DNA of 64,000 bases from Candidatus Binatia bacterium (GCA_963666515.2 OY762897.2:704001-768000); one strand, 5' to 3'; positions 21,087 to 29,401 are shown, counted from the first letter of the stretch. Made by a program: numbers and translations. The notes: generated by a model not told the origin, from the sequence alone.

Positions 21087-22052
21087 CTACCTCTCGGGAC
21101 GACGGGCGTTCATCCTGCTTCCAAGCCTGATGGGGTGCTCCGGGTGGAGCGTCCTGAAGCCTGCGATGGAGACCCACACCCGCAAGAGATGGCGGCCGGC
21201 GCCGTCGGCGGCGAACCGGGTGCGCGTGTGCAGGACCACATGGTTGTTGAAGTATTCGATGTCGCCGGGCTGGAGTTCCAGGGAAACCGCGACCTCGTCG
21301 GCTACGGTATTGAAGACTTCGAGAGCGCGGTTCTGGGCCTCGGTCAGCTCGGGGACTCCGGCCAGTTTCTGCGCCCGTCTGATGTGGACCGGGAAGGCGC
21401 AGGCGTTGAACACGCCGCGGTGAACGCTCAGGAACGGCAGCCGGGTCCACGGGTGGGCGTGGTCCGGATGCGGGTGCGGCAACGCCACGTGAAACGGCCG
21501 GGTGAGCACGCGCAACCGCTCGGGATACTCCGCCGCCAGGATGTTGTAGACGGTGGCGGCGCTGGCGAACCTGCGGGTTCCGCCGGCGCGGGCGGGGCTC
21601 AGGCAGAGGAAGCCGATGACGTCTTCGGGGTCGGCGTGAAAGGGAAGCTCGCCGGTCGCGCGAAATCCCAACCGGTCGCGGTTATCGGACTCCGCCCGTA
21701 CGTGCGCCATCCGCACCCCTCCCGGCTGCTCGGCGATATCGCCCAGCAGTCCGCTCAGGGCCGAGAAGGCGCCGGCGACCTCCGGCTCGTTCAGGCTCGT
21801 CAACGGCAGACCCCGGAGGATCCGGAAACCGAGACCGGACTTGAGTTCACGGGCGGTGGCCGCCATCTGCGAAGCCAGCAGCGGCCGGCGGGGCGTCTTC
21901 CGAGGCCCGGCTACGGGCGCTTCCCGCGCCAACGCCGAAAGCTCCGCCAGTTCGCCGCCGGTGAAGTGATGGCGCCAGGCTTCCGACCGTTCGATGTCGC
22001 CCGGCGCCCAGGCCGCGGGGTCTGCCGTCCTTGGAAACTCTCTCGCGTCCAT
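21087..22052 (-). CDS. TauD/TfdA-family Fe(II)/2-oxoglutarate dioxygenase (clavaminate-synthase-like)
   Basis: GFRILRGLP, FHAD (HxD), LQPGDIEYFNNHVVLHTR (distal His), RHLLRVW. Confidence 0.88.
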   Translation of the reverse strand: MDAREFPRTADPAAWAPGDIERSEAWRHHFTGGELAELSALAREAPVAGPRKTPRRPLLASQMAATARELKSGLGFRILRGLPLTSLNEPEVAGAFSALSGLLGDIAEQPGGVRMAHVRAESDNRDRLGFRATGELPFHADPEDVIGFLCLSPARAGGTRRFASAATVYNILAAEYPERLRVLTRPFHVALPHPHPDHAHPWTRLPFLSVHRGVFNACAFPVHIRRAQKLAGVPELTEAQNRALEVFNTVADEVAVSLELQPGDIEYFNNHVVLHTRTRFAADGAGRHLLRVWVSIAGFRTLHPEHPIRLGSRMNARRPER

Positions 22053-22071
22053 GGCCCTGCAAGCGATGGCG

Positions 22072-23409
22072 TCACTTTTCGCGGAAGGCGTCCTGCCGGT
22101 AGCCCCGGAGGGGTTGCAGGACGTATTCGATGACGCGTTGCGTGCCGAGGATGAGCGCGGCTTCCGCGGCCATTCCGGGCAGCAGTTCGACTTTCTGCCC
22201 CTCGATCTCCATGTAGGTCCGGTCGAGATCGATGAGCGCCTTGAACACGGGGCCGGCCGGCCCGGGCTGCGGAGCGGTTGCCGGGCCGGCGCCGGCCGCG
22301 ACGTTCCCGGGCGCCGGCGAGCCGCCCTGAGCCCCTGCGTTCACCGCATCCTTGCCCACGTGGCTCACCGTGCCCTCGATGGCGCCGTAGCGGCGGAAGT
22401 CGAAGGTCGCCACCTTGAGGGTGACCCGCTGGCCGGGCTTCACGAAGCCGATGTCGGTGTTGGCGACGAAGGCCTCCACGCGGACCCCGGCGTTGCCGGG
22501 TACGATCACCATGAGGCGGGCGCCGGGCTCCACCATGCCGTTCTCCGTGTGCACGGCGAGGTCCTGGACCACGCCGTCCACCGGCGACCGCAGGGTGTGC
22601 CGGGCGCGGTGCTCCCGCGCCTGGCGGAGATCCTGCCGCAGCACGATCATCCTTTCGCGAACGGCCGCGAGGGTGGAACGGCGTTCCCGGTAGAACTCGG
22701 AGGCGGCGCGTTCCTTCTGCGCCCGGATCCCCGCCAGAGAGGCCGTGACCTCGGTCAGCTCCCTGCGGCGCAGCGCGATGTCGCCCTCCAGCTCCACCAG
22801 CCGCTCCTGCTCTTCGAAAAGAGCCAGTCGGGAGCCGTGGTCCCTGCGGTACAGGGTCTCGCGCATGGCCGTCCGCTCGCGCAGAATGGGCAGCAGGCTC
22901 CTGTGCTTGGCGAGCGCGGCCTCGATGGTGAGGAGTTGCGCGCGACGCTCCGCCATCACGCCGTCCAGTTCGTGGAGACGCGCCCGGTGCGCCGCGACCT
23001 GATCCGCCAGGAGCGCCTTGTTGACGGAGACGATCTCCGGCGGGGCGCCGGCGGGCGGGTGGAAAGGCAGGGCCTTGCGCCACGCCAGGGCGGCCTCGAG
23101 GCGCGCGGCTTCCACGGACTTGATTTGAAGCTCGGCGGCGAGCTTGGAGATCTCGGCGTCCACCAGGGTCGTGTCGATCTCGATCAGCACGTCGTCCTGC
23201 TCGACCGGGGTTCCTTCCTCGACGGCGATGCGGCTGATCTTGCCCTGCTCGAAGGACCGGATGACCTTCACCTGCCCGGTGGGCACGATGCGGCCCGGAG
23301 CCACCGCGGCCAGTTCGACCTCCGCCACCGACGCCCACGTCAGGGTGGCGACGAGAAAGACGCAAAGCGCTACGAGCAGGAGGACGTCCGGGCGATGGAA
23401 TCTCTTCAC
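22072..23409 (-). CDS. HlyD-family type I secretion membrane-fusion (adaptor) protein
   Basis: N-terminal TM, APGRIVPTG, lipoyl half-motifs, long coiled coil, LRSPVDGVV, DIGFVKPGQ, FDFRRYGAIEG, LLPGM, RVIEYVLQPL. Confidence 0.93.
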   Translation of the reverse strand: MKRFHRPDVLLLVALCVFLVATLTWASVAEVELAAVAPGRIVPTGQVKVIRSFEQGKISRIAVEEGTPVEQDDVLIEIDTTLVDAEISKLAAELQIKSVEAARLEAALAWRKALPFHPPAGAPPEIVSVNKALLADQVAAHRARLHELDGVMAERRAQLLTIEAALAKHRSLLPILRERTAMRETLYRRDHGSRLALFEEQERLVELEGDIALRRRELTEVTASLAGIRAQKERAASEFYRERRSTLAAVRERMIVLRQDLRQAREHRARHTLRSPVDGVVQDLAVHTENGMVEPGARLMVIVPGNAGVRVEAFVANTDIGFVKPGQRVTLKVATFDFRRYGAIEGTVSHVGKDAVNAGAQGGSPAPGNVAAGAGPATAPQPGPAGPVFKALIDLDRTYMEIEGQKVELLPGMAAEAALILGTQRVIEYVLQPLRGYRQDAFREK

Positions 23410-23852
23410 GCGGAGCTCCCGAGGCCCTCCCCTCTCGACCGCCGCAACCGGACCCCCTTCTCACCGGCCCACAGGAGAGAACAGGCCGCGGCGGCAAGCA
23501 CAAGAGCGGCCCGCCACCATCCGAGGACGTCCCCGACCTCCCACCAGTGGAACAGCGTCGTCACTTCACCCGCGGCCAGGGCGAGCAACATCAAGGCCGG
23601 CAGGGCGTACGGTCTGACGAGCCGGTTCAAGGAGGCTGCGATCACGAAGACGAAGATCGAAAACAGCATCGCGCCGACCACCGCGCTGCCGGCGGACCTG
23701 CCGTGGTACTCCACAAGCCACGCCGTCTGCCCCATGAGCCAGAATGCTCCGGCAACGACGGCGAAGCACGCTGCCCGCGATATCCTGAGATACCGGCTGA
23801 ACTTGTCGTCCCCTTCCCTGTGGCGGAAGGCTCCCATGAACTCGAATTGCAT
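23406..23852 (-). CDS. Small 4-TM membrane protein (candidate immunity/accessory protein)
   Basis: AGGAGG RBS; four hydrophobic segments; 4-bp overlap with hlyD start. Confidence 0.7.
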   Translation of the reverse strand: MQFEFMGAFRHREGDDKFSRYLRISRAACFAVVAGAFWLMGQTAWLVEYHGRSAGSAVVGAMLFSIFVFVIAASLNRLVRPYALPALMLLALAAGEVTTLFHWWEVGDVLGWWRAALVLAAAACSLLWAGEKGVRLRRSRGEGLGSSA

Positions 23853-23904
23853 CGTTGCCTCCTGTAACGGTCACGTTTCCATGATTCCTGCATCGAACGG
23901 GTAA

Positions 23905-23936
23905 GGCGACGGGGGATGCGTGAATCCCCCGTCGCC
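23905..23936 (-). terminator. Strong intercistronic hairpin (mRNA stabiliser or leaky terminator) after the precursor gene
   Basis: Perfect 13-bp stem GGCGACGGGGGAT-gcgtga-ATCCCCCGTCGCC; only a short T tail on the minus strand. Confidence 0.7.
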
Positions 23937-23979
23937 GTTCTGGCCATGCCGCAAACGCTGCTTCGTGACGGCGGTTGAC

Positions 23980-24447
23980 CTATGGCATTCCCATTGCGTT
24001 GTTCATGTCCTGGGCGGCCTCGTCGGGATCGATGGCGCAGTTGGGACTGGTTACCAGCGTGCCGATGGCGCCCGTAGCCGCACCCGCGGCGGTTCCGAGA
24101 ACAGCGCCTCCGCCCGTCACGATGGTGGCGGTCCCTCCCAAGGCCGCGCCCACCGTAGCGTCCACCGCGACGTCGGTGCCACACGAGCCTCCCGAATCGG
24201 TGTCGTCGCTGCCACCGAGATTCGATGACACCGCGTCATCGTAGTCGTCCGCGCTCATGTTGTCCTCGTCGTCCGAGCTGCACGAGCAACTGGAACAACT
24301 GCAGCTACACCCGCAGCCACATCCGCACCCGCAGCCACATCCGCACCCGCATCCGTGGATCTCCAGGTCCAGCTCGTCCTCCCGCGCATCGAGCAGCCAG
24401 GGAACGGCTACCGGCCCCTTTTCGATGGAATGGTTGAAGAGTTGCAT
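23980..24447 (-). CDS. Cys-rich putative secreted peptide precursor: (GC)8 tract + acidic spacer + glycine-zipper bacteriocin-like segment
   Basis: AAGGAG RBS 7 nt before ATG; synonymous codons vary along the repeat; first gene of the membrane protein-hlyD-tauD run. Confidence 0.8.
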   Translation of the reverse strand: MQLFNHSIEKGPVAVPWLLDAREDELDLEIHGCGCGCGCGCGCGCGCSCSCSSCSCSSDDEDNMSADDYDDAVSSNLGGSDDTDSGGSCGTDVAVDATVGAALGGTATIVTGGGAVLGTAAGAATGAIGTLVTSPNCAIDPDEAAQDMNNAMGMP

Positions 24448-24736
24448 TTCGTATCTCCTTCCTGGTTTGGATTGTTGAGCGTGCTATCGCCGCCCACATA
24501 AGATTAAATCGGCCAGGTGGAGTCGAAACTTTAGGGGAAATTTCGCGGTCAAGGCATTTTTCTGCACAGCGGTCACCGGCCGCGGGGGACGACGACCGGT
24601 GACTGCGCCTCGTTGCTGCGAAAAAGTGGGATGGATGAGTGTGGCGGGCCGGGGCTAGTCTGAAGTTCTGAGGCCAAGACAGCGTAAGTGGTTGAATTTA
24701 GGGGGAATAGGATTGAGACGGCAGTACGGGTTCTGA

Positions 24737-26497
24737 CTACACGGGGAGTTTGAGGTGGAGGAGTTCCAAGGCGAGGCGTTGGAGGTCGGTGGGGAGGGTG
24801 AGTTGTTGGAAGGTCAGCTTTGAGCCTTGGAGTTGAAGGGTATTGCGGGTGAGGGTGGCCAAGTGGCGGAGCAGACCGCGGAAGTGGTGCACGGGTTGCC
24901 CCTGTGGGGTTCGGCGGGTGGCGGCTTTGCGCTCGGAGCTGTGGGAGGGCACGCTGGGGCTGACGGGGGAGGGGCGGCGGCGAGCGGCGTCCTGGGGGTC
25001 GTCTTCGGCGAACAAGAGTGGAGCCCAGGCTCGCCGCATGTGCCACTCGACGTAGTAGGCGAGCATGCACAGGAAGACGTGGGCGCGCACGCGCTGGGAC
25101 AGGCGGTGGTGGATCGGGCGCACGTGGAGGTCCACGGTCTTGAGGCATCGGAAGGCGCGCTCGACTGCGGCGAGGCGTTTATAGGCGCTGACGGTGGAAG
25201 TGGCATCGAGGAGGGGCTCAGGGACGGAGGTGCGGATGACGTAGAGGCCGTCGAGGCGGGCCTCTTGAGCGATGGCGTCGGATTTGCGCTGATAGCGGAA
25301 CGAGGACTCGGTGACGGTCATGTCGAAGTGCTTGGCCATCTTGAAGCGGCCCAACACCCGGCCCACCCGCAGTGCGATGGCGCTCTCACCGCGAAGCGGT
25401 CGTTTGGGGCGTTGGGTGGCCCGGACGATCTTGTCCAGTTCCTGCTCGGTGGCGTCCAGCAGGGCTTGGCGTTTGCGCCGACGCTCCTGGCACAGCAGGG
25501 GGTTGAGGCAGGCGATGAGGCGTTCGCCGGGGAAGTCTGGATGAGCGATTTCAGCCAGGTCGGTGTGGTCGAACAGGGACGACTGCAAGGGGCCTTGGTC
25601 TTGGGCGAGCTTGGCGACGGCATCGCTGCGTAGTGCACTGATCCAGTCCAGACCCTCCACCGGGCGCAGTTCCTCGTCGATGCGCGCACTGGTCAACATT
25701 CCCCGATCGCCGACGAACACCACACGCTCGAGCCCGAAGCGCTCGCGGACCTTGTGGATCTGGTCCGCCAAAGTGCTCGGGTCAGCGGTGTTGCCCTCGT
25801 AGACCTCCACCGCCACCGGACAGCCGTCGGCGTTGCACAGTAGTCCGTAGACGATCTGCAGCTTGCCTTTCTTGCCGTCCCGCGAGTAGCCGATGCGCCC
25901 CAGCGGGCAGCGCCGCCCTTCGAGATAGCTCGAAGTCACGTCGTAGAGCACCAGCGTGCCGTGGTGGAGATGGCGCTTGGCCAGACTGCGTTCGATGCGC
26001 CCCTGACGCTCCCCCAGCCAGTCCATGGCCTCATACAACTCTTCGGCCTGCACCGCCTCAAGGCCGAGTTCCTCGCCCAGGGTGGACGTCGCACTCTCGG
26101 CATCCAACGCCCGCGCCGTGGCCAGCTTCGAGTCCGGACACAGCACCCGGGACACGATCAAGGCCACACTACGGTCGCGTTGGACGCTGTGCCGAGAGTC
26201 CAGCAGCCGCTCCAGCCCCAGCGCCTTGACCGTGCCCAGCACCGCAGCCACGTGTCCATGGGGGCGTGAGCGCAACACTTGCAATGCCTCCTCGGCCGGC
26301 ACCAGGGTCTTGCCGCCGAGTGCGAGGCGCACCAGTTCCACCACCGAATCGGGCAGGTGGGAGAGGTTGCCGACGGTTTCGTTTTTGACCTTGCCGTTTT
26401 CGCGGTAGGAGCGCCTGAGCAGGTGGGTGGTGTAGACTCGGTCTTTGTATCGACGCGTGGTAGTAACGACGTGTACGGCGGCCTTGCGTCTTGGCAT
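24737..26497 (-). CDS. tnp: IS1634-family DDE transposase
   Basis: LLRRSYRENGKVKNETVGNLS, LYDVTSSY, GYSRDGK, VFVGDRGM, VERAFRCLK, VRAHVFLCMLAY. Confidence 0.93.
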   Translation of the reverse strand: MPRRKAAVHVVTTTRRYKDRVYTTHLLRRSYRENGKVKNETVGNLSHLPDSVVELVRLALGGKTLVPAEEALQVLRSRPHGHVAAVLGTVKALGLERLLDSRHSVQRDRSVALIVSRVLCPDSKLATARALDAESATSTLGEELGLEAVQAEELYEAMDWLGERQGRIERSLAKRHLHHGTLVLYDVTSSYLEGRRCPLGRIGYSRDGKKGKLQIVYGLLCNADGCPVAVEVYEGNTADPSTLADQIHKVRERFGLERVVFVGDRGMLTSARIDEELRPVEGLDWISALRSDAVAKLAQDQGPLQSSLFDHTDLAEIAHPDFPGERLIACLNPLLCQERRRKRQALLDATEQELDKIVRATQRPKRPLRGESAIALRVGRVLGRFKMAKHFDMTVTESSFRYQRKSDAIAQEARLDGLYVIRTSVPEPLLDATSTVSAYKRLAAVERAFRCLKTVDLHVRPIHHRLSQRVRAHVFLCMLAYYVEWHMRRAWAPLLFAEDDPQDAARRRPSPVSPSVPSHSSERKAATRRTPQGQPVHHFRGLLRHLATLTRNTLQLQGSKLTFQQLTLPTDLQRLALELLHLKLPV

Positions 26498-26504
26498 ACA
26501 TGGG

Positions 26505-26532
26505 ATTGTAGCACAATCACCGAATGAGTCAA
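26505..26532 (-). promoter_or_regulatory. Transposase promoter (sigma70-like, extended -10)
   Basis: Minus strand TTGACT-N16-TACAAT with TG preceding; ATG 7 nt downstream. Confidence 0.55.
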
Positions 26533-26645
26533 GTCTATTTAGTGACTACATGTTACGCCTGAAATCTGCCCTTGAATCCCCAAATGTCTATCCAATACAA
26601 TGAGTTAGAGGCTGTCAGGCCGGAATCCGGCCCCAGAACTTCAGG

Positions 26646-27299
26646 CTAGTGCGCCACCTGGGCCATGGCCATGGTGATGGACTCTTCGATTTCGGCGATG
26701 ACGGCGCCCACCTCGCGCCCGATGAGGTCCATGACGCGGAGTTGCTCGACACGGGGACGCACCCGCTCCATCTCGCGTTCCGAGAAGATGTCGCTCAGGA
26801 TGTCGCAGGCGTCCACCAGGCAGACCAGCGCCACGTCCCGCGGGTCGGGCATGTCGTCGGACAGCAGCACGTCCTCCATGCGCAGCTTGACGCCCCGTTG
26901 CACCCGCCCGTCGATGGTGGGATAGCGGCGGGAATGGAACACCCACAGGAACTTCTCGTCCTTGGCCTCCAGAATGCCCCGTTCGACGAGGCTGTCCATG
27001 GCCCGCTGGCGGACGTCGGCGGCGTGCTCCCGGGCCAGCACCTCCACCCAGGCCTTGGTGCTCATGGTTTCCCCGGCGTTGGCGATGCGCTCCAGTGAGC
27101 CGTCCAGCAGGGGGTTGCCGGTGGGTGTCGAGTCGAGGACCTGAAGCTTCTCGGGGTCGGTGTCGATGCGGTTGGCGAAGGCCAGGTCCATCAGCACCGC
27201 CCCCACCAGGATGTGCTCCACCGCACCGCCCCGGATGGGCAGGAACAGGCCGTCGTCGTCCAGCATCAACAGCAGGATTTCTTCCGTGAACGTAAGCAT
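26646..27299 (-). CDS. GPP34 (GOLPH3/Vps74-like) family protein
   Basis: LTFTEEILLLMLDDD, GAVLMDLAFANRI, PTGNPLLD, LVERGIL, FLWVFHSRRYP. Confidence 0.85.
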   Translation of the reverse strand: MLTFTEEILLLMLDDDGLFLPIRGGAVEHILVGAVLMDLAFANRIDTDPEKLQVLDSTPTGNPLLDGSLERIANAGETMSTKAWVEVLAREHAADVRQRAMDSLVERGILEAKDEKFLWVFHSRRYPTIDGRVQRGVKLRMEDVLLSDDMPDPRDVALVCLVDACDILSDIFSEREMERVRPRVEQLRVMDLIGREVGAVIAEIEESITMAMAQVAH

Positions 27300-27308
27300 G
27301 CGCCTGAC

Positions 27309-27641
27309 CTATTCTGCCGCGAGGGCGGCGTCACGGGTTTCGTGGTATTCAAGCATGTTGAGGAAGCCGCTCACCTCCATCACCGATTTGCACGAGGGCT
27401 GGAGCGCGCACACGGCCAGCTTGCCGCCTTCGTTCTGGCACTTCTTCGCGCTGACGAGGACCACCCGCAGTCCGGCGCTGCTGATGTACTCCATGTTCTC
27501 GCAATCCAGCAGCACGCGATGGTCGCCGCGCTCAATGATCTCCGAGATCCGCTTCTCGAGCTCCGGGCTGGTGAAACCGTCGACGCGCCCGTTCGGGGCC
27601 ACCACCACCAAGGATCCTTTGGTTTCCTCTTGAATGTCCAT
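27309..27641 (-). CDS. STAS-domain anti-sigma-factor antagonist
   Basis: GRVD, VLLDCENMEYISSAGLRVVL (phosphorylatable Ser), VMEVSGF; true start MDIQEE at 27641. Confidence 0.92.
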   Translation of the reverse strand: MDIQEETKGSLVVVAPNGRVDGFTSPELEKRISEIIERGDHRVLLDCENMEYISSAGLRVVLVSAKKCQNEGGKLAVCALQPSCKSVMEVSGFLNMLEYHETRDAALAAE

Positions 27642-27710
27642 CCGGCACCTTTTCTTCCGGTTTCGACAGACCCTGCCAACAGCTATCGCGGCATTGTTGC
27701 CAACAAGTGA

Positions 27711-27724
27711 TTGATCGATATCAA
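27711..27724. promoter_or_regulatory. FNR/CRP-family binding site (consensus FNR box)
   Basis: TTGAT-CGAT-ATCAA, intergenic, 70 bp upstream of the STAS gene. Confidence 0.6.
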
Positions 27725-27829
27725 TGTGGCCCACGTATACCACAGGGGCAAGGCTTGGGCAACAAGCCCGCAGCCGCCAATTCCGCCAGGAGCGGTCACG
27801 AAACGTCAACCGTTCATGCCGCGCGGGCG

Positions 27830-29401
27830 TTACTTCTTGCCGGGCTCGAATCCTCCCTGCTCGTGGTACACGATCTTCTTGTCTTCCTCGAACGCCCGGA
27901 CCGATGGAATGGTCCCGCGCAGGCCGAGTTCCTTCCAGCGCTCGGCCACTTGGTCGTACATCTCCCGCCTCAGCGTGGTGCGCTTGGAGAACACCGGCAG
28001 GTAGCGGTGTTCCTTGCAGGCGTTGATCAGCGCCTTGGACCCGTAGGGCCGCTCTTCCGGCGGGTTCTGGGTCGGGTCCAGCCACGTGCTCCAGGTGTTG
28101 CGCAGCAGGTCGATGTCCTCGATGGGGTTGCAGCGGCTGCTCATGGCCCAGATCACTTGGTCCATGTCGGTGGGGTCGATGTCCTCGTCCACCGCGATGA
28201 TCCACTTGGTGTAGTAGGCGCCGCCCGGCACCTGGGCCGCCAGGGCCAGACACTGGGCCGCGTGGCCGGCGTAGCGCTGTTCCAGGCTGATGACGGTCAT
28301 GCCGAAGCCCCCGGCGCCGGCCGGGTGGGCGTAGACGCCCTGAACGCCCGGTATGCCGAGCTTGTCCAGGTCGTCCCAGATGCGCGCCGACCGGATGACC
28401 GCGAAGAAGCCGCTCTGCTCGCAGGACGGGTAGTCCGCCATGATGGCGTTGGTGAGCACGGGGTTGGAGCGGTAGTGCACCCGGGTGATGTCCACCAGCG
28501 GGCATCCGGCTTCCGGCCTGCCGTAATATCCGGGGAACTCCCCGAACGGTCCCTCGGTCTTCACCGAGTTGGGGTGGATGACCCCCTCGACCACCAGCTC
28601 GGCGTTGGCCGGCAGCAGCAGGTCGCTGGTCTGGGCCCGCACCACCGGGATGGCCTCGCCCTTGATGCCGCCGGCGAACTCGTACTCCGACACGTTCTTG
28701 GGAAAGGTCTGGGAGCCCACCAGCATGAACAGCGGGTCGATGCCCCAGGCCGCGGCCACGGGCACGGACTCGCCCTTTTCCCAGTAGCGGGTGATGTGCA
28801 GCCGCGCGTCCTTGCCCGGCGACAGGTAGAGCCCCACCTGCTGCTTGCCCTGGAACATCATCCGGTAGGTGCCCACGTTCAGGTATCCGGAATCCGGATC
28901 GCGGGTGAACACTGCGTCCGCGGTGCCGGCGTAACGGCCACCGTCCAGGGGCCAGTGCCTGGGGATGGGAAGCTCTTCCAGGTCGATGTCCGCTCCTTCG
29001 AGGGTGTTCTCGTAGACCGGAGCCTCGGCGGCCGGCACCTCGCGCGGCGGGATGCGGTCCTTCATCTTGTCCTTGAGCCGGCGGATCAGCTCCAGCGTCG
29101 GCGTCTCGGGGGGCTCCTCGATGGTCAGGGCGATGCGCTTGGAGCTGGGGCCCAGGATGTTCCACAGCATCCGCGCGCCGATGGCGCTGTCCTCATACCC
29201 CCTGGGGTTGTCGAACAGGATGGCCGGGGACGGGTTCTGCTTGGCGACGAGGTAGGTGATGGCGCTCATCTCCTCGTCCCGGTCCACCGGCTTGTCGATC
29301 TGGACCAGCTCGTTGATGCCTTCCGCGCGGTCCAGCCACTCGCGGAGATCCTGAATCGGACGGCCTGCCGCCGCCGGCTCCGTCCTGTTCGCTTCGGCCA
29401 T
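27830..29401 (-). CDS. UbiD-family (prFMN-dependent) decarboxylase
   Basis: DLREWL, DGGRY, NVGTYR, ELVVEG, EGPFGEFPGYY, IIAVDEDIDP. Confidence 0.92.
   Translation of the reverse strand: MAEANRTEPAAAGRPIQDLREWLDRAEGINELVQIDKPVDRDEEMSAITYLVAKQNPSPAILFDNPRGYEDSAIGARMLWNILGPSSKRIALTIEEPPETPTLELIRRLKDKMKDRIPPREVPAAEAPVYENTLEGADIDLEELPIPRHWPLDGGRYAGTADAVFTRDPDSGYLNVGTYRMMFQGKQQVGLYLSPGKDARLHITRYWEKGESVPVAAAWGIDPLFMLVGSQTFPKNVSEYEFAGGIKGEAIPVVRAQTSDLLLPANAELVVEGVIHPNSVKTEGPFGEFPGYYGRPEAGCPLVDITRVHYRSNPVLTNAIMADYPSCEQSGFFAVIRSARIWDDLDKLGIPGVQGVYAHPAGAGGFGMTVISLEQRYAGHAAQCLALAAQVPGGAYYTKWIIAVDEDIDPTDMDQVIWAMSSRCNPIEDIDLLRNTWSTWLDPTQNPPEERPYGSKALINACKEHRYLPVFSKRTTLRREMYDQVAERWKELGLRGTIPSVRAFEEDKKIVYHEQGGFEPGKK

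Larger units (their letters stand above)
24660..26644 (-). mobile_element. IS1634-family insertion sequence (1985 bp), complete
   Basis: Terminal IRs CTGAAGTTCTGAGGCC / CTGAAGTTCTGGGGCC (15/16 match); 6-bp direct repeat GCTAGT at 24654-24659 and 26645-26650. Confidence 0.92.

Noticed and set aside
24301-24356. Possible CRISPR or microsatellite
   Set aside because: Tandem 6/18-bp coding repeat with no spacers and no cas genes
24257-24499. His-Pro repeat ORF (+) and RVRMWL repeat ORF (-)
   Set aside because: Alternate readings of the (Gly-Cys)n tract; only the 155-aa frame has an RBS and third-position variation
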